From: a virus
Direction: 5' to 3' (one strand)
DNA length: 64,000 nt
Virus genome (UHGV): UHGV-1370141
Shown: positions 35,564-44,988 of the stretch, one piece after another
Position numbering within the stretch: position 1 is the first letter of the stretch
How the letters are laid out: each line of letters begins with the position of its first letter
Made by a program: the position numbers and the translations under genes
Notes under the pieces: model-generated
The model's database searches: none
What the model was told of the DNA's origin: nothing
The model's input: the letters and a program-made list of their open reading frames with translations, nothing else

Positions 35564-36542
35564 TAATTCCGCCTTGTAACGATGACATTTCGTCGCCTAA
35601 CACTAACTCGACGCGGTTTTTCCGACGCTCCCAACTGACGACATCGTCGTCGCGCACTAAAACAAATTCGTACTCGTAGGGACGGAATTTAAACAAATCT
35701 ACAGCCAGATGTCTAAATGCTGGGTTGTTATTGTAACACCCTATTTCTAATGGTGCCGCTGTTGTCGATGCAATCTGTAAAGCACGATACAGCAACGCAC
35801 GCCCAATCCCACGGCCCCGGTGTGATTCACTTACCGCAATGGCTTTTAGTTCGCATTCGCTAAGATTACGTGATTTAACTTGCACCACACCCACAACGTC
35901 ATTACCTTCCATCCAAACGTAAGTGTAGTGATTGATGTGTCGCACTAACTCCACCAATGTTTCAACTTGCGGCATTATTTGTCGAGAACGCGTTACAGGG
36001 TCAGCATTGATGTTTTCAACGATGCTAGTGCCAAACAACATCATGAGCTGTTCACGTTGTGCTCCGGTTAAGTCTTTATAGAAGTCGCCGGAGACGTTCT
36101 TCACGTTCGTCGGTAAAGTGACATCCGATAGCGTACGTGTACCTAAACGATATGCTGTGTGGGTGTGTCTAAACCCTAAATCGTTAAGCTCAGCAATTTC
36201 TTCCACACCTCTGGCAATTCGGTTAAGGTACGTAAAACCCGTATAGTCAAGTACCAATAGAAGACTCAGTTTGTTCAAACACCCTGGTACAATTTCGTGC
36301 ATATACAAGCAGTGTAACGTTGGATCACCGTAAATGTGTTTTGTGATGATAAACCCTTGGATTGTTTTTCCTTTTTGTAAAGAGAACGTATTCAGCTCGG
36401 TATTACACAGTGCCTCACGAATCACCGCACCGTTAGGGCCCGTTAAACATGCCTGAAGTTGAGGATTACGAATATCTCTACGGGCTAAGCGTCCTACTGT
36501 CAAATCAGAAGAGGTTCTTTCTATCGTTTTACGATATACCAT
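35556..36542 (-). CDS. GNAT-family acetyltransferase domain protein
   Basis: C-terminal ..VVGVVQVKS..AIAVSESHRGRGIGRALLYRAL.. matches the GNAT acetyl-CoA binding motif (R/Q-x-x-G-x-G/A); N-terminal ~200 aa unassigned. Confidence 0.5.
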   Translation of the reverse strand: MVYRKTIERTSSDLTVGRLARRDIRNPQLQACLTGPNGAVIREALCNTELNTFSLQKGKTIQGFIITKHIYGDPTLHCLYMHEIVPGCLNKLSLLLVLDYTGFTYLNRIARGVEEIAELNDLGFRHTHTAYRLGTRTLSDVTLPTNVKNVSGDFYKDLTGAQREQLMMLFGTSIVENINADPVTRSRQIMPQVETLVELVRHINHYTYVWMEGNDVVGVVQVKSRNLSECELKAIAVSESHRGRGIGRALLYRALQIASTTAAPLEIGCYNNNPAFRHLAVDLFKFRPYEYEFVLVRDDDVVSWERRKNRVELVLGDEMSSLQGGINA

Positions 36543-36599
36543 TTTAATACTCCTTATCGGCTTTCCTCACAACAAAAGAAAAAGTTGTAAAAAGAAAAA

Positions 36600-36615
36600 G
36601 GGAGCCGAAGCTCCC
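36600..36615 (-). terminator. rho-independent terminator
   Basis: gggagc-cgaa-gctccc preceded on the plus strand by an A-run (T-run on minus), after the stop of 36629..37312. Confidence 0.55.
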
Positions 36616-36628
36616 TGTTTGTTACAAA

Positions 36629-37312
36629 CTACCAAAGCTTAGAACTAGTGAATGCTGCACTAGAATCTGGAACCTTGCCTCTTAATTTATCGCGCAGAAG
36701 TTCAAAGAACATGCGATGATAAGCGTAATATTTTTCCAACCGTTGGTATTCGATCAGGTTTTCTAACGCCGGATGAAAGCGAAGATGTTTGTTAGGACTG
36801 GTAAGGGAAAACGGAACGACTTCTTCATTAAGCAAGATAGGATACTTAACACTATCGCCCATTTCAGCATACAACATTTTGGTGTCGAAAACGAAATAAG
36901 CCGTTGGGTGAAAGCCTAACCACGTTGAAGCCTCAACAAAGAAGTCAGTCAATTTACTAGCAATCTGGCTGATCATCTTATCGTCTGATTTAAACATCAA
37001 GCGCAGGAAAATCTCGCTAATGACTGAACCCGTAAGCAGTTTTTCTTTGTGGATACCTGGAACGACTGCCAGTATCTCGTCGTCGAGTCGACAGACAAGC
37101 GTGTACAGATCGAATACCGGGTAATGGTAAATATCGATCGTTAAACTCGCGCGTGGAGTGTAACTTAAGATTTTATCCCCGTGTATTTCTGTGGCAGGCG
37201 GCATAAGCGCAAGCTTCTTGCTAGGCTCAGTCTGCTTAACTTCTGCTTCCTTAGTTTCAATCGGTTTTTCTACAGTTTCTTTAACTTCGGTTTTCTTAGT
37301 TCTCGGTGCCAT
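36629..37312 (-). CDS. hypothetical protein
   Basis: 227 aa with Lys/Glu-rich N-terminus. Confidence 0.5.
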   Translation of the reverse strand: MAPRTKKTEVKETVEKPIETKEAEVKQTEPSKKLALMPPATEIHGDKILSYTPRASLTIDIYHYPVFDLYTLVCRLDDEILAVVPGIHKEKLLTGSVISEIFLRLMFKSDDKMISQIASKLTDFFVEASTWLGFHPTAYFVFDTKMLYAEMGDSVKYPILLNEEVVPFSLTSPNKHLRFHPALENLIEYQRLEKYYAYHRMFFELLRDKLRGKVPDSSAAFTSSKLW

Positions 37313-37333
37313 GATAATACTCCTTTAGGTTGA

Positions 37334-37693
37334 TTAGTGTGTTGCGGTGTTAGTAACAAAACGAATATTCTTCGCGGTACGTTTAAGGGACGTATTTGCA
37401 ACGTAGTCCAACGCAGACTCTACGTGAACCGTTACTGAGCAACGCCCTTTAACGGAGTTAAACGTAATCTGATATTTCAGGCGAATTGCATCAGCAACCT
37501 TCATCATTATCGGTAGACTCAGGCGTTCGCTACGATCGTTCTTAATAGATGAAATAACCGGTTGTGAAACTTTCGCAAGCTGGGCAAGTTCACGCTGTGT
37601 AATGTCTTTCGCTGTCAAATGACGAATCACGTAAGAAAGATGAAGACCGAATTTACGTTTTGCTAAAACAATAGAGTTGTGATTATAAGCCAT
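37334..37693 (-). CDS. HTH (XRE-like) DNA-binding protein
   Basis: ..LTAKDITQRELAQLAKVSQPVISSIKNDRS.. is a helix-turn-helix; start placed at the internal ATG (MAYNHNS..) because the ORF-track extension to 37831 covers the promoter-like motif and hairpin. Confidence 0.55.
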   Translation of the reverse strand: MAYNHNSIVLAKRKFGLHLSYVIRHLTAKDITQRELAQLAKVSQPVISSIKNDRSERLSLPIMMKVADAIRLKYQITFNSVKGRCSVTVHVESALDYVANTSLKRTAKNIRFVTNTATH

Positions 37694-37720
37694 GGTAATT
37701 AATCCTAATCTGTAGAACAA

Positions 37721-37769
37721 GTCGTAAAAGAGATTACGATGTAATCTCACTAAGGTAATATATATCTGA
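37721..37769 (-). promoter_or_regulatory. conserved promoter-like motif plus 5' hairpin (copy 3)
   Basis: Hairpin gagattac-gat-gtaatctc followed by ctaaggtaatatatatctgag; located between the tmk terminator and the HTH gene start. Confidence 0.5.
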
Positions 37770-37781
37770 GAAAAAATTAAA

Positions 37782-37805
37782 TAACCCCTACCCGAAGGTA
37801 GGGGG
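37782..37805 (-). terminator. rho-independent terminator
   Basis: cccctacc-cgaa-ggtaggggg directly after the tmk stop, with an A-rich flank on the plus strand. Confidence 0.55.
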
Positions 37806-37812
37806 TATGTGA

Positions 37813-38436
37813 TTAATTCTCTAAAATACAAGCAACGATTTCAGCCGCTTTTAAACGGTAATCGTCGTCTTGCTTCACGGGTAATAAATGGTGTAGACAA
37901 CCGCCTTCAGTGAGAATGTGGTGGGCGAAACGGTAGTGGTCACGTAACGCTTCCCAGCTTTGGTTGTCTTTTAAATACTTAACGGTAAGAACCTCATCGT
38001 CCCAATTCTTACCTTGTTCTTCTACCCGTTTCTTAAAGCGTGCTACTGCGCCGTCGTAATCCACATCTGTCCAAACGTACAAATCTGGTGCGTTGAAATG
38101 ACGCGTTAGCTTACGTCGGAAAACTTCGTCTTTACCATCGACGCCCTGGTAAACGACTGTAGAGGGACAGAACCTGTCGAAAATAACAACATCGTAATCG
38201 TCAACAACGTGGTCTAACGTGTGAAGGAAATCGTCGCACATCGCTTCGGCAATTTTTGCTTTTGCTGCGGACTGAATGACTAAACTGCGTGCGCGGATAC
38301 CCGCTTCGGTCTCCGTCGTAGGGTGATTACGGATGCAGACCTTTAACCCCGCAGATTCCAGCATACCTTTTACTATTTTGCACAACGTCGATTTCCCAGA
38401 AAAGTCAGGGCCATCAATAGACACTGTCTTAAGCAT
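37813..38436 (-). CDS. tmk: thymidylate kinase
   Basis: MLKTVSIDGPDFSGKST (P-loop) and FDRFCPSTVVYQG match the Tmk GxxGxGKST and DR..SxxAYQG motifs; start placed at the ATG at 38436 rather than 38484, which would overlap a hairpin. Confidence 0.7.
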   Translation of the reverse strand: MLKTVSIDGPDFSGKSTLCKIVKGMLESAGLKVCIRNHPTTETEAGIRARSLVIQSAAKAKIAEAMCDDFLHTLDHVVDDYDVVIFDRFCPSTVVYQGVDGKDEVFRRKLTRHFNAPDLYVWTDVDYDGAVARFKKRVEEQGKNWDDEVLTVKYLKDNQSWEALRDHYRFAHHILTEGGCLHHLLPVKQDDDYRLKAAEIVACILEN

Positions 38437-38497
38437 TATTGTTTTACCTTTACGCACTTTTAGATAAAAGGGGCGTAAAAACACCCCTTAATTTTAC

Positions 38498-39112
38498 TTA
38501 CAATTCAAAATATGTGGAAATTAAACTCTCAAGGTTACGTTCTTCGTACACTTCCTTACTCGTAGGGTAGCCAACGGTATGGTATTTCGCTGTAAAAGAA
38601 ATGGCCTTGTTTGCAATAACGTACCGGTCACCGACATTCACCTTTTCAGGATATTTGAGGTTGAGCGTGACGGTGCGTATATGGGTCACCTCAAAATCTT
38701 TGATGATAACGCGATCTCTATGTCGTGAGATAACAATATTGCATCTGCCCGCTTCAAACTCTTCATAACCCCCTACCAGTTTAAGAGCTGCTAAACATGC
38801 GGTATAAGCAGGGTATTTATCAGCCAATAGTTGCTCTTTTGTTACAAAGAGTTTATAGTCTTCCTCATCGCGAAGGTATCTCAACAATAACTGGGAACGG
38901 AATTTTGACAACAGTCTTTCGTACTGCGATTCCCAGAGTTTTCCATTTTCAGTGAAGAGATGACCGACAGTATACTTTAGTTTCTCACCTTCATAAATCA
39001 AAAGCGAATTTTTCGAGACAAAGCCCGCATCCTTTCTATTTTCGCTAATTTCATTTTCAGCAACTTCAACTAAAGTGTAGTTGTTAGGAAGTTCAAAGCG
39101 TTTAATTTCCAT
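38498..39112 (-). CDS. hypothetical protein
   Basis: 204-aa ORF. Confidence 0.5.
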   Translation of the reverse strand: MEIKRFELPNNYTLVEVAENEISENRKDAGFVSKNSLLIYEGEKLKYTVGHLFTENGKLWESQYERLLSKFRSQLLLRYLRDEEDYKLFVTKEQLLADKYPAYTACLAALKLVGGYEEFEAGRCNIVISRHRDRVIIKDFEVTHIRTVTLNLKYPEKVNVGDRYVIANKAISFTAKYHTVGYPTSKEVYEERNLESLISTYFEL

Positions 39113-39214
39113 AATTTATCTCTCTTTTCTAAATTGGTGAGTTACCGACTCACTACGGTTGTCACATTGATAATATCAGTCTGTAATAAATTTTAGGATA
39201 AAAAAAGAAACCCG

Positions 39215-39234
39215 CCCCTACCGTTAGGTAGGGG
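39215..39234 (-). terminator. terminator hairpin
   Basis: cccctacc-gtta-ggtagggg preceded by an A-run on the plus strand; after the stop of 39242..39850. Confidence 0.5.
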
Positions 39235-39241
39235 TAAGGTT

Positions 39242-39850
39242 TTATTGATGGTCAACAATCGGACCACTCCACACTTCTGACGTTTCCGGTGCGGTGAGAT
39301 TAGCAGCCTGTGCAGACGGTACACACAGTATAACTAACCCTTGCTTAGCAAGATAGTGCTGCATTCTTGCGGCCTGTACTGCGGTGTCCACAATAACGAG
39401 CTCAGCGCCTCGTAGAAGCGCTAAAGCCGCTTGGCCTTCTTGCGGTGTGGTAAACGCGTCTGAGTCGTCCAGAATGCGTTTGAGGCGGTTATACGCAAGT
39501 CCTGTAACGTTACAGTGTTCGGTACGTAAATCAACAACCATTTCGTTATAGACCCCCACAACCTGTTGCGTAGAGTTTGGATAAAAGCGAAACGAGGCAC
39601 GACGACGCGCACGACGGACTTCAGAAATCGCACGTTGGAGTACCACTAATACGTATTTCGGTGCTGCGTCTGACGTCGGTCTACGCATCTTCGCTAACCG
39701 CGCTGCCAAATCGAGAACTTTCGTTAACGGGTAGCGGTGCTTAAACCCCTCCCGTTCAATCGTCACCCCACGCTTTGGTAGCTTACCGGTTTTGTTGATA
39801 TACGCCACCGTAATCAGCAGTAATGAGTCGAGAATCATCTCTGACATCAC
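39242..39850 (-). CDS. hypothetical protein
   Basis: 202-aa ORF. Confidence 0.5.
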   Translation of the reverse strand: MMSEMILDSLLLITVAYINKTGKLPKRGVTIEREGFKHRYPLTKVLDLAARLAKMRRPTSDAAPKYVLVVLQRAISEVRRARRRASFRFYPNSTQQVVGVYNEMVVDLRTEHCNVTGLAYNRLKRILDDSDAFTTPQEGQAALALLRGAELVIVDTAVQAARMQHYLAKQGLVILCVPSAQAANLTAPETSEVWSGPIVDHQ

Positions 39851-39860
39851 AATACCCTCT

Positions 39861-40232
39861 TTAGAACCCCTCGAGAACAGCTTTCACAAATTCATAAACC
39901 GTGCGTCGGTGTTCTTCAAGTGGATAAACAAACTTAGAATAATCGTTGTTCCAGACAACCGGATAGAGGTCACCGTCACAACTTAAATAGCTCTTACGAA
40001 CCATGTAATAATCTAAACCTACACGGAAGTTTAACGACAGACTGCCGTGTTTACTACAAACGTGTAGCTGGAGCGATTTCACACCGTCGCGGGTTGGCGT
40101 TTCAATCGTTTCCGCATACAATACATCCGAACACTGTTCTATAACGCTAACGACATCTCTGAGGTTGTTGTGAGCATCGATGGTCGCTTTTCGGAGAGCG
40201 TCGGTGTATTGCTGAAGTTCTCGATAGAACAT
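39861..40232 (-). CDS. hypothetical protein
   Basis: 123-aa ORF. Confidence 0.4.
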   Translation of the reverse strand: MFYRELQQYTDALRKATIDAHNNLRDVVSVIEQCSDVLYAETIETPTRDGVKSLQLHVCSKHGSLSLNFRVGLDYYMVRKSYLSCDGDLYPVVWNNDYSKFVYPLEEHRRTVYEFVKAVLEGF

Positions 40233-40771
40233 CCTGCTAATCTCCTGTCTCTACCGTAAGGCAGAGGAAATGCTTTGTGTTCGTATTCTGCAACGACGTA
40301 GGCAGGATAGAACAAAAGGTATTTATAGAACGTGGCTAATGTAACGTCTTTCGGGGTAGCCAGAAAATAATTAAGGTCAGGGTTATCCGGGAACGCAAAA
40401 TGTAACCCAGTGTACACCTGACCGTGATATTCACCGTTAAAGGGCGTGACGGCACAACGGGGATGTGTTGGCTCAACGTGTAACCAACGACTCCCTACGT
40501 GATAAACACCACGTACCGTCGCGTTTCGTGTTTTACCCAAATAACGGCAACGAATATTCTTTTCCCACGCAGCACGTTGCGTGGGAGAACCCAGAGAAAC
40601 AAACCGCGTTAAAGCTTCAGGTGTAAAGTAATCAAAAATGCCGGTCGGTAAACACCAACACGCTTTATCGATTCGTACCACTCTCCAACCAGGACGAAAA
40701 CCCACAGCGTAACGCTCTACACCAAAAGTATATCTAGACCCGTCGTGAAACGGTACGAATCTTGCAGCCAT
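40139..40771 (-). CDS. hypothetical protein
   Basis: 210-aa ORF; overlaps the downstream ORF, so the boundaries are uncertain. Confidence 0.45.
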   Translation of the reverse strand: MAARFVPFHDGSRYTFGVERYAVGFRPGWRVVRIDKACWCLPTGIFDYFTPEALTRFVSLGSPTQRAAWEKNIRCRYLGKTRNATVRGVYHVGSRWLHVEPTHPRCAVTPFNGEYHGQVYTGLHFAFPDNPDLNYFLATPKDVTLATFYKYLLFYPAYVVAEYEHKAFPLPYGRDRRLAGCSIENFSNTPTLSEKRPSMLTTTSEMSLAL

Positions 40772-40772
40772 T

Positions 40773-41240
40773 TTAGATTTCCTTTATCATTTCCCTGCAT
40801 TCGGTACGGAATCCCATTTTCTCATACAAGGAGATAGCTTTAACGTTGTTGTCTAACACATCCAGACTCATCCAACCACAACCTTTGGACTTTCCGTATT
40901 CACGGACTTTGTCCATAAGCGCACGCCCTACCCCTTGAGAACGTGCTTCAGGAATCACATAGTAATTCCCGATGTAAACAAACGTGTCTTTTGAGCAAGA
41001 ACCCAATGAGAACGTCATAAATCCCAGAAGCTGTTCGTTGTCACCCACCGCACACGCACAGAGATAGTCTTGAGGCCAAATCTCTTCTAAACGCTCGATG
41101 GGGTTGAACGTGTCACGTCCAGTTAACTGACTAATACGCACTTTCTCTTCTGCGAACAACATGTTGTGCAGTTTGAGTACCTGGTCGCCGTATAACTTTC
41201 CGTATTTACTGTCGGGTTTGAGAATAATAGTGATACGCAT
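40773..41240 (-). CDS. GNAT-family N-acetyltransferase
   Basis: 155 aa; ..YYVIPEARSQGVGRALMDKVREY..ISLYEKMGF.. is a typical GNAT fold signature. Confidence 0.65.
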   Translation of the reverse strand: MRITIILKPDSKYGKLYGDQVLKLHNMLFAEEKVRISQLTGRDTFNPIERLEEIWPQDYLCACAVGDNEQLLGFMTFSLGSCSKDTFVYIGNYYVIPEARSQGVGRALMDKVREYGKSKGCGWMSLDVLDNNVKAISLYEKMGFRTECREMIKEI

Positions 41241-42373
41241 TATTTAACCTCAATCAGCGACAACCTGCACCATTCCAGTAAGCCTTCCGCAACACGCACT
41301 AACGAGGTAGTAAACGCATCTTCTAAACGCAGTGCGTTCTTATACCGAACGGTAGCGTCACGTAACTCACGACCGTCTAACGATTTCAGCTCTTTTTTCA
41401 TTCGCTGAATTTCATCGTAAATACCGGTATAACCAACGCTACGTCGCTTCGTACCACGCTGACGTAAAGCTCGGATAATTTTTTCAACGGCTTCGAGAGC
41501 TGAACCGATTTCGTGTAAGTTCAGAGATTTGATTGTGTGGCCAAAATCACCATCACGGGCAATCGCCCACTCAATCTTACCGCTGTCGTGTTCAACGACC
41601 ACCACGTTACCTGGCCACGGATACGCTTTCACCGTTTTAAACGGATCGATAATACCGAACAGCCCTGCACTACGTTTAATCGCCCAGTTCGTTGAGCGGC
41701 CTACTTTCTCCAAGCCACTCTCAGTAACTTTCTTGCTCTTACCAATAATGGTGCGCGTTTTAACGGTATACTCGTTGACCATCGCATCCAATGCGTTCAG
41801 GTTCTTACTGAACTCAATACACGCTTTTACATTAGGTTTGTCTTCTAAACAAACTTTGGTCGTCCAGCTTCCCGTGTCGCAGTCAACCGGTTTTAAGGTG
41901 TCTTTGTCACCGATTAAACTTAGACGGGCATTTAACTTTTGCAGTTTGCGCTCTAAGGTCGTCGCTTTAGACGTCGCTTCTTTTAATTCCTTAATGACTT
42001 CTTTACCCGCAGCTTCGGCAAAATCCACAAAACGTAAAGCAAGTTGTTTGGAATGTTTACCTGCAAAGTTCGCTGACGCTTTTGCACCTGCACTGGCAGC
42101 ACGTCCTGCTACCCGACTTACGCCACGAACCGCACGTCCGGTGAGTCGCGCCGCCGCTTTGCCTATCCCTTTATCAGGTTCCGTGTCTGACAAAAACTGT
42201 GCACGGTGCATCATGGCCGCAGACTCTGACGCAACAACCACATCATCCAAAAGCCAACGTTTACGGATAGCAACGATAGCCGGATAATTGTCTTTTACTC
42301 CAATGGATTCTAACGCTACGAGTCGGTCGTAATCGTCACAAAGCACTTCTAAGTCGCTATCTAACGTTGACAT
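41240..42373 (-). CDS. hypothetical protein (tandem paralog A)
   Basis: 377 aa; C-terminal ~120 aa aligns with 42380..43264 (..GIYDEIQRMKKE..YKNALRLEDAFTTSLVRVAEGLLEW..). Confidence 0.5.
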   Translation of the reverse strand: MSTLDSDLEVLCDDYDRLVALESIGVKDNYPAIVAIRKRWLLDDVVVASESAAMMHRAQFLSDTEPDKGIGKAAARLTGRAVRGVSRVAGRAASAGAKASANFAGKHSKQLALRFVDFAEAAGKEVIKELKEATSKATTLERKLQKLNARLSLIGDKDTLKPVDCDTGSWTTKVCLEDKPNVKACIEFSKNLNALDAMVNEYTVKTRTIIGKSKKVTESGLEKVGRSTNWAIKRSAGLFGIIDPFKTVKAYPWPGNVVVVEHDSGKIEWAIARDGDFGHTIKSLNLHEIGSALEAVEKIIRALRQRGTKRRSVGYTGIYDEIQRMKKELKSLDGRELRDATVRYKNALRLEDAFTTSLVRVAEGLLEWCRLSLIEVK

Positions 42374-42379
42374 GATAAT

Positions 42380-43264
42380 TTACTCGTTTGCTTTGATCGT
42401 CGCTTTCACCCAGGCTAACAACCCATCCGCTACTCGGTCGAGTGCAGTGGTCACCGCGTCTTCCAACTTAATAACGTTTTTGTAAGCGCGTTTAACCTCG
42501 GAGATTTCATCCCGATCGACTTTGTACATTTTATCTTTAATCTTTTCAGCTTCTTGGTAAATACCGCTGTAGCCAAAAAGTCCGTTTTTCGCGTTGCGAG
42601 ATTCCATGATGTCTGCAATCTTACGCACCGCTTTTAATGCCTGGTGACATTCACGCTCGGTGAGTGCGGCAATAGTGTCTTTATACATCCCGCCGTTACC
42701 GATACCGAACGTAGTCTTACTTTTACCCAGTTCACCCTGCGTAACGACGTAGACGTTTCCTGCTAACGGATACGCAGTAACTTCCGTGCCCATCAAATTA
42801 GGGATATACCCCATCGCACGATGAATCGCTGAACTACTGGAGTAGCTCAATTCTTTTAACATCCCGTCTTCAACTTTACGGTGAACTTCTTTAGGACCGA
42901 TAGCCATCGGGTTAGTCACAACCAGGAATTTCTTCGCAGCCGCCTCGAACCCGTTTACGGAATCGACTAACTTAAGACATTCTTTTAAATCAGGAACGTC
43001 TTCGTAACACACGCGCGCACACCAGGTGCCCGCAGGAACCACTTTGGCAGAAAACGTTTTGACGTCTTTCAACCGATCTTCTAATCGGTCAGCGTCTTCT
43101 TTCATCGTTTTCATTTTGCCGGTGACGACACGCTTAGCATCGTGTAATCGGTTGTTCACTAAACCGATAATTTCCAAATAGACCTGGTGGCCATACGAGG
43201 CAGAAGAGTCGGTGCGATCGCGAGACTCCTGTCCCACCTGTTGGCCAATCCAACTACGACGCAT
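42380..43264 (-). CDS. hypothetical protein (tandem paralog B)
   Basis: 294 aa; ..GIYQEAEKIKDK..YKNVIKLEDAVTTALDRVADGLLAW.. paralogous to the gene downstream. Confidence 0.5.
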   Translation of the reverse strand: MRRSWIGQQVGQESRDRTDSSASYGHQVYLEIIGLVNNRLHDAKRVVTGKMKTMKEDADRLEDRLKDVKTFSAKVVPAGTWCARVCYEDVPDLKECLKLVDSVNGFEAAAKKFLVVTNPMAIGPKEVHRKVEDGMLKELSYSSSSAIHRAMGYIPNLMGTEVTAYPLAGNVYVVTQGELGKSKTTFGIGNGGMYKDTIAALTERECHQALKAVRKIADIMESRNAKNGLFGYSGIYQEAEKIKDKMYKVDRDEISEVKRAYKNVIKLEDAVTTALDRVADGLLAWVKATIKANE

Positions 43265-43300
43265 ATCGAGATTTCCTTTGTAAAACGGTTAAAGTCAAGT

Positions 43301-43867
43301 TCATAATAAACGAAGACTTTCCAACCACTTATCTCGATCGGCGGTATGGTAGTAACAAGGAACGTCGATTGACTTCGCATATTTTACACCCATCGCAGTA
43401 CCACCTTTTGCGTTTCCGTGTTTGTCGTGGTCGCTGAAATAATAGACTGCGTCTACCGGTTCGTCTAAGCGGTCACCTGCGATGATGTTCAGATTACGGC
43501 CGTGTAACGCCCAGGCAATCGGTGAGAGCTTATCTGGGTTTGGGTGGAGTGAAGCAACAACTGCTCGGTACTGAACGTCTTGTGGGATATAACGAAACTC
43601 TACCTTAGGGTGTATTTTCCCTAACCACATTTTCTTTTCATCCGGCAGATAACAAACGCTCTTAACGTCCTCGGTACGTGCTATCATAAACTGAAGTTGG
43701 TCTGGGCCTTTATAACATCCTCCAGAACGGGTGGTAATCGTGTAGCCTTTCTTTCGTAAGATTCGAAACCCTTCCCGTAACGTGTCTAACATTTCCTCCA
43801 TAACGTCTTCCGGTGTTTCTCGAGACCCGATAATCGCGATTTTATATTCTTTCATGGTCACCTCCAT
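43301..43867 (-). CDS. hypothetical protein, possible SLOG/DprA-like Rossmann-fold protein
   Basis: N-terminal KIAIIGSRE..TRSGG pattern resembles the nucleotide-binding loops of DprA/LOG-type folds; weak. Confidence 0.3.
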   Translation of the reverse strand: MEVTMKEYKIAIIGSRETPEDVMEEMLDTLREGFRILRKKGYTITTRSGGCYKGPDQLQFMIARTEDVKSVCYLPDEKKMWLGKIHPKVEFRYIPQDVQYRAVVASLHPNPDKLSPIAWALHGRNLNIIAGDRLDEPVDAVYYFSDHDKHGNAKGGTAMGVKYAKSIDVPCYYHTADRDKWLESLRLL

Positions 43868-43896
43868 AAAGACCGTCGATAATGAAAAAAAGAAAA

Positions 43897-43923
43897 GTAG
43901 AGAGAGCCCGAAAGCTCTCTCTA
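43897..43923 (-). terminator. rho-independent terminator
   Basis: gtagagagagc-ccgaaa-gctctctctac preceded by an A-run on the plus strand, after the stop of 43937..44599. Confidence 0.6.
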
Positions 43924-43936
43924 CCCACCGTTACTA

Positions 43937-44599
43937 TTACATTTCCAGGCCGCTTAAGACGACTGTCTCAACCAACGCCTGGCCCATCCACACTTCTAAC
44001 TCACCGTCCAAATCCGCCAATGGTTTCTTGTTCAGTTCGTTATTGTAATTAAGACCGTCTAATGTCGTGTCGTTAATCACCTGCCCTAAGTGTAGAGGTA
44101 AGATGAATCGGTTTCTCGCACTATAAATAAAAGAGTCGCACTCGTAAACAACCACATAGCGTTCGATAGACTCGTCAAACTCAATGTGACACTGTGAACC
44201 GGTGTCCCAAGCGCGCGATATCACCATACCTCGGTCTTGGCACATTTTCTCTACAGCGACTTTAGCGGAAGCTGCCCACGTATCGTAGTTCTTAGGTTGA
44301 CCGTTTTCGAAATCAAACCAATCCAGATACTTGGCAGGAATCTCAAGGAAGTCGTTCAGTTGAAGCTTTGTGTAGGTAATCAGTACCGCATCGTTTATGT
44401 CGTTACGGTTCGTTAACTTTACCTTATAGCGTCCTTCCGGTGTTGGGGCACCGACGAGCGTAACGTCTACCTTTTCAGCCGAAAGCTTTTTCCGTACACT
44501 GTCGCTGTTACAATAACTAACGAGATTAAGTAAGTTCTGTCTGTGGCCAACGTCGAAATCAATTACAAAAGACATACGAACTCCGTGGGGGCTAATCAC
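43937..44599 (-). CDS. hypothetical protein
   Basis: 220-aa ORF. Confidence 0.5.
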   Translation of the reverse strand: MISPHGVRMSFVIDFDVGHRQNLLNLVSYCNSDSVRKKLSAEKVDVTLVGAPTPEGRYKVKLTNRNDINDAVLITYTKLQLNDFLEIPAKYLDWFDFENGQPKNYDTWAASAKVAVEKMCQDRGMVISRAWDTGSQCHIEFDESIERYVVVYECDSFIYSARNRFILPLHLGQVINDTTLDGLNYNNELNKKPLADLDGELEVWMGQALVETVVLSGLEM

Positions 44600-44988
44600 T
44601 AATACCCGTATAACGGATAACGTGCTGTGATTTCATCACCCGCATAAAAGGTTAAACGTTGTATATTAATGTTTTTATTCGTGTAAGGTACGGTTTCTAA
44701 CGTCACCTTAACCATTGCAGAGCAGCTACCCGGATCAACAAACTGATAAGTTCGACGTTTGATGTTCACCAGATAAAATCCACCCGCAGGGCATAAGTCC
44801 GTTTTGCCGTAATTCACCACTGCAAACTCATCGTTTTGAACCGCAGTGACGGGTTGGTCATCTGCTTTAAACACAACCGGTTTATCGCCAGGGACAGCGG
44901 GTTCGTAACGACTGATATCGTACGGTTTAAAATCCGCTAATACAGAAAACGAAAGTAACATTAGAAATGGAGTAATAAAACGTTTCAT
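44599..44988 (-). CDS. hypothetical secreted protein
   Basis: N-terminal signal-peptide-like MKRFITPFLMLLSFSVLA; 129 aa. Confidence 0.5.
   Translation of the reverse strand: MKRFITPFLMLLSFSVLADFKPYDISRYEPAVPGDKPVVFKADDQPVTAVQNDEFAVVNYGKTDLCPAGGFYLVNIKRRTYQFVDPGSCSAMVKVTLETVPYTNKNINIQRLTFYAGDEITARYPLYGY

Noticed and set aside
37694-37831. N-terminal extension of the HTH ORF to 37831
   Set aside because: The extension covers the conserved promoter-like motif and its hairpin and translates to a hydrophobic, Tyr/Leu-rich sequence; the internal ATG at 37693 is the more plausible start.
41529-42287. 252-aa plus-strand ORF
   Set aside because: Antisense to the minus-strand gene 41240..42373 and out of line with the strand block; compositionally odd (Ser/Ala/Leu/Pro-rich).
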